In this document: one piece after another, positions 13,081 through 24,489 of the stretch | Position numbering within the stretch: the first letter of the stretch is position 1 | Layout: each line of letters begins with the position of its first letter | Position numbers and translations under genes: made by a program | Assembly (NCBI GenBank): GCA_001643675.2 | Contig: LSRY02000031.1 | Location: forward strand, 992,001-1,056,000 | Length of the DNA stretch: 64,000 bases | Source: Monocercomonoides exilis PA203 | Taxonomy: Eukaryota > Protista > Preaxostyla | Direction: 5' to 3' | The notes under the pieces: model-generated | The model's input: the letters and a program-made list of their open reading frames with translations, nothing else | Databases searched by the model: none | What the model was told of the DNA's origin: nothing

Positions 13081-16000
13081 CCGTTTTCTAACTCTTCTTC
13101 CAGACCCTGTAACAATAAAGAAGAAGCAGGAGAAATTCAAACAGATTGAAATGGATCGTAAATACCTCTGTCAGCGTTGAATTTCTCTGGACAATATTTT
13201 CTTTTCTCTTTGTCATTTCAATCACACGCACAACACGGAAAGTGTGCATGAACGAAGTAAAGAGAGGAAAAACACTTTGATTCTTTTTTATGATTTTGCT
13301 GAAATGACATCGCTTTTCGGTTGCGAAGACACAACATGCAGAGCAGTTGAAGGAAAAGCCGAAAGAGAAGTTGAAGCAGAAGAAGAAAAAGCAGAAGGAG
13401 AGGAACTTCAAGAGAAAGATGAAAGATAAAAAAAAGGAGGAGGTAGAAGAAATGAATAATCAAAGTTTATTCCACGTTTTTCAAAAATGTGAACAATTGA
13501 ATTTATCAAAAAAAATTTTTTGTTTCATTGATGTTTTGAAATCTTTTGTTTGTATTGAGTTGAAAATAGAAATTGTTGTATTTGATGTGCAAATTGGGTG
13601 CAAACATTATTTTGACCTCAAAATTTTATATAAACCCTTTTTATTGAAACTTTGTGAAGCTTATTCCGAGCTAAGCAAAGGTTTGAAACTAAAAATAAGA
13701 AAATAAAAAAAATTATCATAATTATTTACAACTTTCTGTTATTTAATATTTCAAAAGTTTTTTGTTCATAAAAATTGTTATTTTTTTTTTATAAAAGTAC
13801 CCATATCAAAGACTTGCTGAATGTGAAGCGATTATTTCATACCGAACGTTTAAAGCCACAGCATCAGCATTCCACATTCCAATATTATTATTTTAACTTG
13901 TTTTTAACTTTTTCAATTAAATTTTTGATCTTTTCTTCTCATTTCACTGTTTTTGCTTAAAACACGGTTTTCGGAATAAATAAGAATTTGTGTGAATTTT
14001 TAAGTTAATAAAAAATTAAAACAAGGTGTTATTTATTGTATATATTTTTGTTAAATTCTGAAATGAAAAAGGATTGTTCAAGAATTTGAAGCGAAATTGT
14101 GGGACATATGAAATTTTTGATCTGAAAATTGTTCGTTATCAACAAATGTTCAGTTGTTTTTTCTTAAAGATATCAATTCATAACAAATTTATTATCATTT
14201 TGTTTCAAAGAATGAAAAAACAAAAGTTCATTTATTTTGGAAATCATGTTTTTTTGAAAAATGTGTGAAATGAGAAAAAATGTTAAAAAAACAAGTTGAG
14301 AAAGTGTTAAACAAATAAATCATATAAAAAAGAAACGATATATTATGACCCGAAAGCTTAAAACTTCCGATTAAAAATATTCGCTGGAAAAGCAGCAAGT
14401 CAATGATCAAAACAAAAAATTATAATCATCCTCGATCTTTTTGTGAAACATGAAATATTGAAAAAAAATACAGAATAAGGAAATTAAAACATTTCAAACA
14501 TTTCTGGTTATTTTTTATTTTTCGCAGGCTTGTGTAAAGCTAAAAGCATGGCAAAAAAGAAAAAGGTCTAAACAAATATAATAGGTCAAGATAAAATCAT
14601 TACCCTAATATTTAAATGAAATATTATTTGAAAGAAATTGATAAGTCTGAAGACTGAGGATGTGTAAATTTGAATTGCAATAGAAAAATATTGACATAAA
14701 TGTTCTAAATAAAAATCTATCAATGTTTAATTCACTATTTTGTTGTATCGGAATGTGATTTTGTTGAAATAATTCATTGTTCATTTGTTCTTTGTGAATA
14801 AACGTTAAAAAAATGAATATCCGTTTTGACAATCGTTCATTTTTTATAGAAAATACAAAAATTCAGAGACAACATATTTGATAATAATTGTTGATTAAAA
14901 GTTTTACAGTGTCATTTAAAAGAAATTTTTTCAAGCTTTTGATAAGTTCAAATAATAATCAGGAGAACATTTTCACAATTTATTCAAATGAAAACAATTC
15001 CGAAGTCAACACTTTCGACAAGAACAAATCTTGTCTGGAATGAATTGAAAAGAGAAGTGGGAAAGGATACACAACAACTCGTACTGTATATGTTCACGAA
15101 TTTGAAAGAGGCCTCTTTTTGCATGAAAAAAGTTAAAAGACATATTAATAGGTTTTTTTTTTTTTTTTTAATTTTTTTTTTTATTTTTCAAGCAAAAATT
15201 CACAAAAATCACTTTTCATATAATGAAATTTAATATGTGTATTATTATGAACAATTAGCAACGGCAGATTCATTGACAAAAGATTTAGCCATTGTGCATT
15301 CACAATCTTTAAAGAATAACAAAACGATGCAGTGACAAGCTCTTTCAAAATTTTTTTCATTATCGGGATTGAATTCATATGGGTACGATGTGACTCAGGG
15401 GATGTTGAATCATGCTAAAAAATGTTTGAAATAAAGTTGCAATCAAATCAGCACACCAAGATAACCTTCTATTCCAGTTTGTTGATTAGGTTTGTTCCTT
15501 TTGTTTCTTTTTCGAGTGATTTTTTGTTTAGGACAAGGATTGAAAAATGAAGATTGGAAAAAAGGAAATGATTGGATGCTTTCCCATTCTTCTGAAGCAT
15601 CTTCGAGATTATCTGCAAAATACAAAACCTCCATTGAAGATAATGAAAATGCATTTTTGGATAAATCAACATAGAACGATTTAATCATTACAGAGACAAA
15701 GCAAAGACAGTGTCCAAATTCAAAAAAACCAAACAAAAATGAATCAGTGATAAAAGGAAAGCAGTCTGAAGTATCTGAAATCCAAAAAGCGCCTTCCATT
15801 TCAAATGAAACAATGAAAACAATTTGCTCCAAAAATGCTAATCGAAAAACAATAATTCCACTTGATTATATATCTTCTTTATCACGTTTAATTAAAAGAG
15901 GTGGTCGCACTTAAGCATAAGATTGTTTTACGAAAGATTCACCAGTTCGTGGCATTGATGTTCAAGAAAAAGTTGCAAATGAAGTTTTATCTCCTCAATT

Positions 16001-16084
16001 AATTGATCCAATGTCTTTATCGAAATGGTCTTATCAAAGGAATGCGCATGGCAAGGTATATTGAATAACAACACAGAAAAATAT

Positions 16085-16171
16085 GGAAAATTTTTTTTGA
16101 AAAGTTCCTTTTGTTTAATTTTCAAATTGAATAAAAATTTAACAAAAGGAACTTTTCAAAAAAAATTTGCC
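16085..16171. mobile_element. 87-bp foldback mini-MITE
   Basis: Arms GGAAAATTTTTTTTGAAAAGTTCCTTTTGTT and AACAAAAGGAACTTTTCAAAAAAAATTTGCC, with ATAT on both sides. Confidence 0.75.
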
Positions 16172-16384
16172 ATATGAAAATAGAAATACTTCCACGAATT
16201 CGATTATTACAAATTGTCAAATCTCAAAAATTGCTTATTAATATTTTTTCAATTCGAACAATATGGCAAATGTCACATGTGGTGGACTAAATATTTTTTT
16301 GAATGAAGTGCATTATTTATTAAAAAAAATGTGTTAAAATGTAACATATAAGGTGAATAGATATGCGGAAATGTGTTAATAAAT

Positions 16385-16911
16385 GGGCCATTATTTTTGA
16401 AATCATATATGGGACAATATATTTGATTTCAGGCATTTTCATAGAAAAATCATGCAATTTTGATAAGCGTATTGTGCACAAAAATTCAATAAAAATGGGA
16501 ACATTTATTGACATTCGTGAAATGTTGAAAAACTTTTTGTTTTGATTTCTTCGATGCCTATTTGAGGATATGAAAATCAAATTTATTTCAAATTCTGAGA
16601 AAGTGAAATAAAGTTATAAATGAAGCAATTATTTTCTTGCTTTGTACAAAAACAGCTTGAAAGTCCGTATTTTCCCCTATATTATTTCGGGGAATTGATT
16701 TTAAAAGGATTGTTTGTCAATGTGAAGTGTTTTTGTATTCAGATGATAAAATTATCACAACTGTTTCTAAAACAAATACTATTTCCGAATCAAAGATCAA
16801 AATGAATGCAATATACCTTTTAACTAATCAATGTCCGTTGGTTAATATTCAAGAGAAATATTTGAACCGAAATTTTTGAATGAAAAAACATGCTTTCAGA
16901 AATAATCACCC
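16385..16911. mobile_element. MITE family A containing a nested family B MITE
   Basis: GGGCCATTATTTTTGAAATCAT...GAAATAATCACCC with TSD AAAT (16381-84, 16912-15). Confidence 0.8.
16411..16678 (-). mobile_element. MITE family B, nested in family A
   Basis: GGGACAATATATTT...GTCCGTATTTTCCCCT, with ATAT on both sides. Confidence 0.85.
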
Positions 16912-16988
16912 AAATAAAAATAATAATGGAAATTTTTTTGAATTTATGGGATATGATCATTATTTTTTTTGTTTGATCGAAACTTCAA

Positions 16989-18001
16989 ATGAATCCAAAA
17001 GAAGTTCATTAGCTACTGAAGACATTTCAAAACGAAAATAAAGCCTGGCTATGGATATTTAGAACAATACTGAAAATAAAATCACCTTGATGCCGGAGAT
17101 ACAGAACTCCAATGAATTTTATCGGAGAGAAAACAGGGAAGAAGTATTGGAGATGCAAAAAAAAAAGAAGGGTGAAACGTTCATTATTTCATGGAAGGCA
17201 GTTTCACAAAATGGACATCAAAATTTTTAAAGTGTTGATGATAATCCTTTTTTTTTGGATTGGAATGTCCATCAAACATGGAAGTCTTCTGCTAAATTCT
17301 CACAGGCACTCAGTTTGTTTTTTGGTTCAGCGCATGTAAATATTCTTGTCCACTGAACCTAATAAGAGAGCCTGTTCAACTTGGAGGTGAAGGCAAGACA
17401 GTAGAAATAGATGAATGCTTATTACGTCGAAGAAAATATTGAAGAGGAAGATACAAGAGGCAACAATGGATTTTTGGAGCAATCGAAAGAAGAGAGGGTC
17501 TGCAGATTGGTAAAAAATGTTATGGATCGTCAAAGATCGTACAAGAAACTCCTTGTTGCCAGTTACAAAACAGCACATATTGCCTGGAACGACTGTAATG
17601 AGTGATTCTTGGAGAGCATATGCAACATTAGCAAAAGAAGGCTATATTCATAAAATTGTTGTACACGTTCGACATTATGTGGATCCTGCAACTGGAGCAT
17701 GGACAAACACTGTCGAAGGGATGCGGCATCATTTCAGAGAGTTTCTACCAGTTTCCGGAATGAGAGATGCATTCATTCAAGACTTCATTTCTTCATTCAT
17801 TGTCGAAAACTGCTTCAATTTGACCTTTTCTGAATGTTGAGTTTTTTTTACAAAAAACATGAAGAAATTGATGAAGACGATGATTATGAAGAAAATAATG
17901 AGGAACATAATTTGCAAGATATTGATGTCATTATTGAGAACAACTCTGAAAATGATCCTCTTTCGAGTTCTGATGAATTTGGAGCAGGTGATAGAGCATG
18001 A
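16989..18001 (+). mobile_element. Decayed Merlin/IS1595-family transposase
   Basis: VEIDE..WIFGAIER..VKDRTRNSLLPV..HILPGTTVMSDSWRAY..HVRHYVDPATGAWTNTVEGM, then an acidic tail. Multiple frameshifts. Confidence 0.9.
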
Positions 18002-18368
18002 GGTTCAGAAAATTCAATATATATATATATATATAAATCTTATTAATAAAATTTTTTTTGATTTCAACAACTTTCCGCACACATTTTACAAGTATTAATT
18101 ACTTATTAATTTTCTTTTTTATTCATAATTAATAATTATGTGAAAAATACTGTTGGTCCAAAAAAGGTGACATCTACCAACAATGTCCACATTATAATTA
18201 TCCACTTGATCAACCACATCATCATCCACAATCAGCCAATACTCAAAGCATTCAAAAAACTCAATCATTTCTCTCATTATTAAAAAGTTCTTCTGATTAG
18301 ATAAACATTGCAAAAACTTTTTTATGAAAATGAAAGAATAATTCATTTGCTAAAATTGTCAAAATGGA

Positions 18369-19400
18369 TTGAATTACATATCCCCATTGTTTGTCAAACA
18401 CATTATAAACAATATAAAAAAAGAATTATCATTGAAGCAAGATCGTTTCCTAAAGCATTGCATTTCTAACAATGTTCCAATAATTCCAATGGGGTTGAAG
18501 AATTTGGATTGCACATGTTATCTGGCTTCTTTATTGCAATGTTTTTCTTCTGCTCTTCGATATAGTCCATCATTAATTCAAGGCCATGAAAATGAAGATC
18601 ATTAAGAAACACAGATAGTGAATGTTAGCAGGCCTCTTTCCATTTATAATAATAATGTTTCATCATGGAAACAGCTTCTGATTGATTTGTGGGATGCCTT
18701 TTTTCAACGTGGAGAAAATCAACAGCAATACGTTATTGAGGCATGTTCTAGCTTTGTCGAATTGATAATAAATGGAAATATTTCCAAACGAGGATTATCA
18801 CTCATAGGCTTCCTGATGCATGCGTTGTACCAAATCCTAACACTTCTGTCGTGTTCAGAAAGCAATTCCTCAAATATCATTATTAATGAAAATTCAGTGT
18901 TTCAAGGATTGAAAAAAGAATTATCAGAAGAGAAAAAGACTTCGAGAAATAAATTCTATTGTGAGAAGTGTGTCAAATCAACTGTTGCAACTCGATGTTT
19001 GGAAATAAAGTCGAAACCCATTCTGTTGGCATTTGCCAATGTTGGAATATCACTCTCTATGTAAATACCACAATTTCACTTGTCATTTGACATTAATAAA
19101 TGTGGAAACTGCATCATTTACTCTAATTCTTCAGATTTTGATCAGAAACAACCATGTGACAAAGAAACACCAAATGCATATAACCTTGTGGGAAAAATTC
19201 AACACAAACAAATCACACTTTCAATTGGGCATTATGTTTCTTTTATCTATAGGGATATGATTGAAAGAAACACATAGTGTTTTTGCAATGATGGAATTGT
19301 TGAATTCATTGATGAAATGAAAATTCAACAAGTATAAAAACATAAATTGGAATTGAAATTTATTCCTTTACAAACTTTTTTTATGCAAGAGAAGAAAGCA
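18369..19400 (+). pseudogene. Ubiquitin-specific protease (peptidase C19) pseudogene
   Basis: Cys box GLKNLDCTCYLASLLQ, then ENQQQ..EAC, the zinc finger FYCEKC, and the His box YNLVGKIQH..IGHYVSFI..FCNDGIV. Stops and frameshifts are present. Confidence 0.85.
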
Positions 19401-19478
19401 TCATTAAAAAGAAAAAAAAGGAAATTGGTGGATGTCAGTCAAATCCATTCAGCATATCTTTTTCGAAGGAAAAGCTCT

Positions 19479-19513
19479 AAAGAGCAAACGAAAGAGCAAA
19501 CGAAAGAGCAAAC
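19479..19513. repeat. 12-bp tandem repeat (AAAGAGCAAACG) x~3
   Basis: Seen directly. Confidence 0.9.
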
Positions 19514-20382
19514 AATAGTATTTATGATTTTGATAAGAAATTTCTTCTTCTTCTTTGTTAAAGAAAAATTTTCATTCAAAAACATTAATGATCTTTTCTC
19601 CTGATAGGAAACGATTGATTTTTGAACCAAAAAATCAATTGTTTAAACAATTCTCTCTGGAAACAGGGATCAAAATTTACCTGTTTAACTTATTCAAACT
19701 GACAACTAGGCCTTTGCGACATGGAAAAATTATTGGATAATTATCTGTCGAATGGACAAACCAATGTCGAGAACTTTTTTTTCATAAAAGAATCTGAGAT
19801 TCACAATGTGTTTAATCCATTTGAAAATTGTTTTTGCATCCAAATATTTATCAAACTGAAAAAATCGATAAAAAGACATTTTTGCATAAACGAAAAATAA
19901 AGTGTAATATTTTTGATAATTCTATTTTAATGAAACAAAAATCAAGAAAGCAAAAAATCAAAATTGCAAAATTTTGAGAATAATTCTTATTTTTTTATTT
20001 TGAAAATGAAATGCAAACATACATATGTTGCAAACGACCAAAAAATAAAAATTAATTGAAAAGAAAATATATCAGATAAATCCAAGAAAATATTCGGTTC
20101 AAAAACTAACAGCATAGTTTGAAATAATATATTTTGAATCTATGCTGTTAGAATTTGTTTTCAACTGCCTGTTCCATTATTTGTTAATCTTTCAGTGATC
20201 TTTATTTATCACTGTCAATGGACTACAGCAAGCTTCCTATTATATAATTGAAAAAGCTCATTTCAAATACAAATGAAAGTTGATGAGCAAAAGCAAAAAT
20301 TAATTATTAAACATTTCTTTTATATAAGGAATAAGAAGAAGATGGAGCGAGTGAGAAAGGCTGATTCTTTTGTGTTAAAATT

Positions 20383-20637
20383 GGGTGATTATTTTTGAAA
20401 TCATATTTTTTCATTCAAAATTTTCGGTTCAAGGATTTCCTTTGAACAAAAATACATGATCACTGAAGAGTGAAAACACTCAAAAGAAACATTTGAATAT
20501 TGATTTCAGCTGATTCACTTAAGAATTATACAGTTGTGAAAAATAAAGCATTTGAATTCAAAAGCTCTTTTCAATGACAAGCAAATTATTATCAATCTGC
20601 AACCCGAAAAAAGTTATGATTTCAATAATAATCACCC
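20383..20637. mobile_element. MITE family A
   Basis: TIR GGGTGATTATTTTTGAAATCATA / TATGATTTCAATAATAATCACCC, with AATT on both sides. Confidence 0.9.
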
Positions 20638-20659
20638 AATTACAGAATTGTATGGAAGC

Positions 20660-22130
20660 GAAGTTTGAGAAGATTGCGAAATAAACACAGGACATTGAAG
20701 AGGAGGACACGAAGGAGGAATCGATGTTGAGTGATGAGTGGGAGTGGCTGGTAATGGAAAGATCACCTTATTGGCTATTATTAAGTTCATTTGCTATTTG
20801 TCGTGTGTTTTTCGTGATGAGACGAAGAATAAGATCATCGTGCGTTGCAGAAGGGGCTGTTATCAGATGAAGAGTTGACTGAAAATCAAAATGAGATTGA
20901 AGCAAATATGGGGTTATAGAAAATTCACTATTTGAAGAAGCTTCATTGAACTTTCTGAGCTTTCTTTGTTTTTCTCCTCATTTCATTCCAGTTCTCTTTC
21001 TCTTTCTCTCTCCCTCTCCCTCTCAATTTCTCTCTCTTTCTCTTTCTCTCTCTCTCTCTCCTTCTCCCTCTGCATTTCGTCCTCAGCTCTCTTCTGCGCA
21101 TCCGCCAGCACCCGAAAGTACTGCACATCTGCAAACTCGTATGCCACCTCAAACTCTGCCATCGCCTTCAATGAAGCAACTGTCAACTCCAGCGCCTCCA
21201 ACTGCTCCTCATTCAGCAACCGCTGAAGCCCCTTTTCCTCGTTCTTCGCTGCTTCTTTCTTCTGCTTGTCGCGAATCTCAGCAAACTTCTTCTCGTCTTG
21301 CAGCCTTTCCGCTTCTTCTTCTTTCTGTTCAAATTGAATTAGGCTCAACTCAATTTCTTCCTCCTTCTTCTTTTCTGCAAGCATCTTCTTCTCCTTCTTC
21401 TGCTCCTGCCTTTCTTGATCTGCCATTTTCTTTTCCTCATCTCTCAGAATCTACACATTCGAAATGTTTTTTTCCCTTCCTTTTCCAGCTCCAATCATCT
21501 CTGTTGCCATCACTCTTCAAACTTTTGTTGCTAGAACAGAAATTGATGGATATTGTTTGGCTATTTGTGAATTTGTTTCGCTCAATGGCAAAGACTTTCC
21601 ATAAGTCGATAATGAACTGAAAAGAGATTGGTTCATTATATATTGTGCATATTGTGAATGTGATGCAGATAATATAGATGGAGAAAGTGTTTGCGCGGAA
21701 GAAATAGAAGAAAAACGTGATGGTGGGTTCATCCTAGGAGTAATATTGTTTGAAGATGAAGCTTTTGAATCAGGTTGAAATTTTTTTTGCTGAAACTGTT
21801 TCTGTTTCAGTTGTTGTTGTTGAAGCAATTGCAGGTTTTGGAGTTAGTTTTGAATCACGAAGGAGCACATTTTGTTATTGCAGCTTCAAAAAAGAAAAGA
21901 AATTGGGGCTGAACAAAGCAACGTTCTGGGATGTATTTGAGGCGATTGAGGAGAGAGAAGTGGGAGAAGGAATATGGATGGAAGGAGAAGTGGAAGGAAA
22001 AAAATAAAAGGAAAAAGAAGTTGAAGGAGAATAAGTTGGTCTGGAAAGAAAGGAAGAGGAGATGTTGGAAAGAGGCGAAGGAGAAGAGATTGTTAGAGGC
22101 GGTTGCAAAGGAAAAGAATGAATTGTGAAA
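20660..22130 (-). pseudogene. Disrupted gene fragment with Ser/Pro/Gln low-complexity and E/K/R coiled-coil segments, function unknown
   Basis: Collinear ORFs 21875-22108, 21517-21828 and 20983-21426 on the minus strand, with coding-like composition. Confidence 0.5.
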
Positions 22131-22794
22131 AGAACAAAAAAATCACATTAATGATTTCATAACAAATTGTTATTCTCCATTTTTTACTTTTGTTTTTAAT
22201 ATTAATTTAGCTTTTTTCTTCAAAATCTTGATGGCTTCTTATTCTTTCTCTAATTATTTGAATAACAACTTTCTGTGTTTTATCATGTTTTTGTAACCTC
22301 ATTTTTTTTTCCAGTTTGAATGAATTATTTTTTCAAAGCAGGAAGGTGTAATGATTACGCACAAATTTTTGTTGTTAATTTCAAATCAATATCATCAGCA
22401 TTGACAATTCCATCAAACTTCTTTTATTATTCATCGTATTAAATTATAAAAACAATGATATTTGCAAAACCTCTTTCTTGTATTCACCTGCATTTTACAC
22501 AAATTTGAAGTTAATAAACAAAACTTAAAAATCAATTATTATTATGCAATGCTTTCTAAATTTTAAATATGAATAATGACGTTTATAACATCAATATCTG
22601 AAAGCAGTTGCTGCGAATAACAATATGAGGTTTTGGACTAAAAATATTATTTGCCAGATAGACAAGACTCTCCTTCACTTATCAAATTATTCACTTTTAC
22701 AAGTTAAAAAGATATTTTTGAAAAAAAAGTTACAAAAGTCTATTTCTGAAATAAAGAAATGTTTTTAAAAATGTTTTTCTATTCAACAGATTGA

Positions 22795-22870
22795 TCTTTT
22801 CGACAGATTGATCTTTTGACAGACTGATCTTTGTCATTCGACTGATCTCGACAAAGATCTGTCGACAAAC
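22795..22870. repeat. Degenerate 16-17-bp tandem repeat (CGACAGATTGATCTTT) with a palindromic end
   Basis: caacagattgatctttt cgacagattgatcttt tgacagactgatcttt ... cgactgatct cgacaaagatctgtcgac. Confidence 0.85.
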
Positions 22871-23119
22871 CATTTGAAATGCATTTTTGGTTATTTATCT
22901 GAAAAATTTTATAAGTCAAAAAAAGTTGTTAACTATCAGATGAAATGAGAAAATTATTTCTATTCATCAAAAAATCAATAGAAATAGAGTTATATTGAAA
23001 TATCTTCAAAAATAGCAAATAAAAAAGTTTTGAATCTGTCTTGTCGGTAGACATGTTGAGGTACTTTGTGAAAAGTCGGTCTGTATTAAAGGCCTAGATT
23101 AGACTATTTTTAAAAAATA

Positions 23120-23629
23120 GCAAAAAAATAAGAAAAAAAGAGTGCATATCACCAAAGAGGAGAAAAAGGAATTTCATTATCTCCTTCTTCACAAAAGAAT
23201 ATCTGATTGGCAACATGAACACCTTAACAACAGCATTGCAACCTTGAAAAATGATGAAGTCATTTAAATTAATGACTTCAAAGAAAGGTGGAAATTGCCT
23301 TATAAAAAAAATTCAGTTGCAACAAGAATATTATCTCCACATTTAGGTTTCTCAGTTAACTGTAATTACACTTCATAACATAAACACAAAGATAAAAAAG
23401 AAAACTTACAATTTTATTTAATCCTGCTTATCAACAAATTCCAAATGTGTAATTGTTTGTTTGAAGTCTGTATTCTAAAGATCTGCTTTCAAAAATACGA
23501 AATCTTTCAAATCTTTTGTGACACAGGACCTCATTATAGTAATCGTTATGTTCTTCATTTCATTCTATCTCAACATTCAAAATTATTTTCCAAAAAGAAG
23601 TGTCAACTAAATTTTTTTTTTGTGAACAT
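23120..23629 (+). mobile_element. Sola-type DDD transposase relic (catalytic fragment)
   Basis: NDFKERW, FCDTGPHYSN..LHFIL and FFCEH, cut off by the MITE at 23630. Confidence 0.7.
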
Positions 23630-23884
23630 TGGTGATTGTTTTCGAAATCATAACTTTTTTCGTTGTGTATGTTTTTCAAATGTTGTTTGTTAAAGGGAAG
23701 AGATTTTGAATTCAAATGCAAAAACTATCATAACTGTTAAAAAACCAAGTTCTAAAGTTGATATAAAGAAGAAGATATCTTTCATAAGTGTTTTCACTTT
23801 TCAGTGTTCTTTTGTTGATGCTCAAGTGAAAATTTCGAACCGAAATTTTTGAACGAAAAAATATAATTTCAAAAATTATCTTCC
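23630..23884. mobile_element. MITE family A with non-matching flanks
   Basis: TGGTGATTGTTTTCGAAATCATA...TATAATTTCAAAAATTATCTTCC. The flanks differ: ACAT versus ATTT. Confidence 0.8.
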
Positions 23885-23885
23885 A

Positions 23886-24430
23886 TTTGCTTATAACTGC
23901 ATTTACGTGGTAACTTTTATTCCTTACAGTTCGCACATCACACGACCTCTTGATCGTGGTGTGTTTGCAGTCTTCAAGAAATGCTTCAACTCTCTATTCT
24001 CTGTGCCTCCGGATTCTTTCATTTCTCTCCGATGTGAGGTCATAAGAAACGTTCTTCTCCAAGCCCTTCTGACGGCATTGCTTTCTGAAACTGCAATTTC
24101 TTCGTCCAAAAAAAGCCGCGTGCTTTCAAACAAGTGGCATTCAATTTTATCTGCCCTGTCAAAGAAAATTTCAGATACACTGAAATAGATAATACACATG
24201 TTTGATTTTTTTGGAAGAATTATTACTGAACAACAATTTTTTGAAGAATGGAAAAAAGAAAAGAAAATATCTGAAAAATTAAAAAAATCTTTTTCCAGCT
24301 GAAATGCTCAAAAAAAGGATTTCACTCATTCAACATTTCGAATGATAATGTTTTGGACGTTGAATCAAAGAACATAAATTCTAGAAAAAAAAATGTGAAG
24401 AGAAAACTTGAAATTATGCAAATTTTTGAT
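23886..24430 (+). mobile_element. pogo/DDE_1 transposase 3' relic
   Basis: VTFIPYSSHITRPLDRGVFAVFKKCFN..LLQALLTALL is closely similar to the intact transposase at 58590-60187. Confidence 0.9.
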
Positions 24431-24489
24431 TGTGTTAATTTTTATTTAAAAAACATGATAACGAAATATATATGAATAATAATAGTTGA

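Noticed and set aside
20383-20637. MITE A as a derivative of the pogo element, given the shared GGGTGATT start
   Set aside because: The similarity ends after ~8 bp, and the flanks are 4-bp AWWT repeats rather than TA.
22795-22870. CRISPR-like array
   Set aside because: The units are short, contiguous and degenerate, with no unique spacers, no cas genes and a eukaryotic context.
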